Below, piece by piece: positions 63,043-64,000 of a stretch of DNA of 64,000 nt. Position numbers and translations under genes: made by a program. Source of the stretch: a virus. Each line of letters begins with the position of its first letter. The first letter of the stretch is position 1. The DNA lies in IMG/VR virus record IMGVR_UViG_3300044701_001468, one strand, 5' to 3'. The notes beneath the pieces were generated by a model that was not told the DNA's origin, did not search any database, and worked only from the letters and a program-made list of their open reading frames with translations.

Positions 63043-63533
63043 CGTTTAGATCTCATTTCAAGGTTTTCTTTGATGCTGTTCATATCAGCACTGCTGCTAT
63101 TATATCCATACATGTCACCGCTGTGACTATCCATATGCAAAACTTCATCAAACCCTGACCTTTCAAGAATCTTGGTTTTGATTTCTAGTTGCTTTTTCTC
63201 TCGTTGAATACGACGCAGAAAAGCATAGTAGATAATTTGAGTAAAGTAAGCGAATGGATTAGTAGATTTTTCTGGATTAAAATTATCAATATACTGAAGG
63301 CAGTTTTCAATACCATCACAAATCATATCTTCCCTAAACATGTAGTTGACAAAGTTTGGTTTGTATGATAGATGTGTAGCAATTTTAAGAAAGCACTCTC
63401 CAATATAGTTGGGAACCATTGGTTTAGGATCACCAGATTCTTTGGCAGCAGCAACCTTCTGCCGATAAACCATAAGGGCATCTAAGAACTCTCGGTTGTT
63501 TACATAATTTTCTTTAGTTGTCCTTTTACCCAT
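63039..63533 (-). CDS. Late sigma factor (gp55)
   Basis: YVNN, YIGECF.KIA, NPFAYFTQI; alternative start 63554; promoter TTTACA-17-TACAAT at 63578-63606. Confidence 0.95.
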   Translation of the reverse strand: MGKRTTKENYVNNREFLDALMVYRQKVAAAKESGDPKPMVPNYIGECFLKIATHLSYKPNFVNYMFREDMICDGIENCLQYIDNFNPEKSTNPFAYFTQIIYYAFLRRIQREKKQLEIKTKILERSGFDEVLHMDSHSGDMYGYNSSSADMNSIKENLEMRSKR

Positions 63534-63611
63534 TGGTTTATCTACTACTAGCATTGGTGGTATCCATTCGTGTTCGTATTGTAACACACCAAATGGATTT
63601 TGTAAAGGGGC

Positions 63612-63640
63612 TTGACAGAGGTTTCAAATCCGTATATAAT
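63612..63640 (+). promoter_or_regulatory. Consensus sigma70 promoter, antisense to the upstream ORF
   Basis: TTGACA-17 nt-TATAAT back-to-back with the gp55 promoter. Confidence 0.7.
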
Positions 63641-63655
63641 AGCAATGTGGCGCTT

Positions 63656-63967
63656 TCAAGATTTGTTATATATCTCTTCTAATAACTTCTTAGCTTCTTT
63701 AATAGACCCTAAGTAACCTTCATGGTTCTTGGGGTTTTGTCTTTTTGAATTTGATTTAGGTTCAGAGGATCTTGATTTTCTATACAGACTTTTATCGTCT
63801 AAATGATCTTCATAGAATCCAGCAATTCTTTTATCGAGTTCGACCATTGTAATAATTTGATTACGAGGAATAATAAACATATCTTCCTCAGTAGCATTTA
63901 TCCAATCATCGAACACGATTCCTTCTACAATCATATTCTTTTTTTTCATTTCAATTTTCTCAACCAC
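63656..63967 (-). CDS. Conserved hypothetical protein upstream of gp55 (may extend beyond window)
   Basis: C-terminal GYLGSIKEAKKLLEEIY motif. Confidence 0.7.
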   Translation of the reverse strand: MVEKIEMKKKNMIVEGIVFDDWINATEEDMFIIPRNQIITMVELDKRIAGFYEDHLDDKSLYRKSRSSEPKSNSKRQNPKNHEGYLGSIKEAKKLLEEIYNKS

Positions 63968-64000
63968 ACGAGGATTGAAAACAATAACAACATCATCATC

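Noticed and set aside
1-64000. Integrase, transposase, IS ends, cas genes, rRNA
   Set aside because: No supporting motifs or terminal repeats recognised

Overview
A 64-kb segment of a T4-like cyanomyovirus (Kyanoviridae type, AT-rich, probably infecting a freshwater Synechococcus/Cyanobium-like host). Most genes are on the minus strand. The right half is the conserved replication core: gp55, gp47, gp46, VWA/CobT-like, cobS, gp45, gp44, DNA adenine MTase, gp62, regA, hsp20, gp43, uvsX, gp41, mazG, gp61, nrdA and nrdB. A putative lysis cassette lies at about 31.4-33.7 kb. The left half is accessory: 14 tRNAs interleaved with tailoring enzymes (2 flavin halogenase-like, 3 2OG-Fe(II) oxygenases, a sulfotransferase), an SLH porin plus a DUF401-like membrane protein, an autotransporter-like protein, psbA, two hli genes, petF, speD, rnh and an inverted tail-fibre island. 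The strongest items missed by the ORF track are five. (1) A nitrogen-sensing module: NtcA-type box, glnA glutamine riboswitch, then a DUF4278-like peptide (13138-13485). (2) A ROSE-like RNA thermometer on hsp20. (3) Several structured RNAs among the tRNAs, including a manA-like RNA. (4) Late promoters positioned so that they disable terminator hairpins. (5) Sharp, roughly 59% GC patches inside gp43 and gp44. Family assignments come from motif recognition, not database searches.
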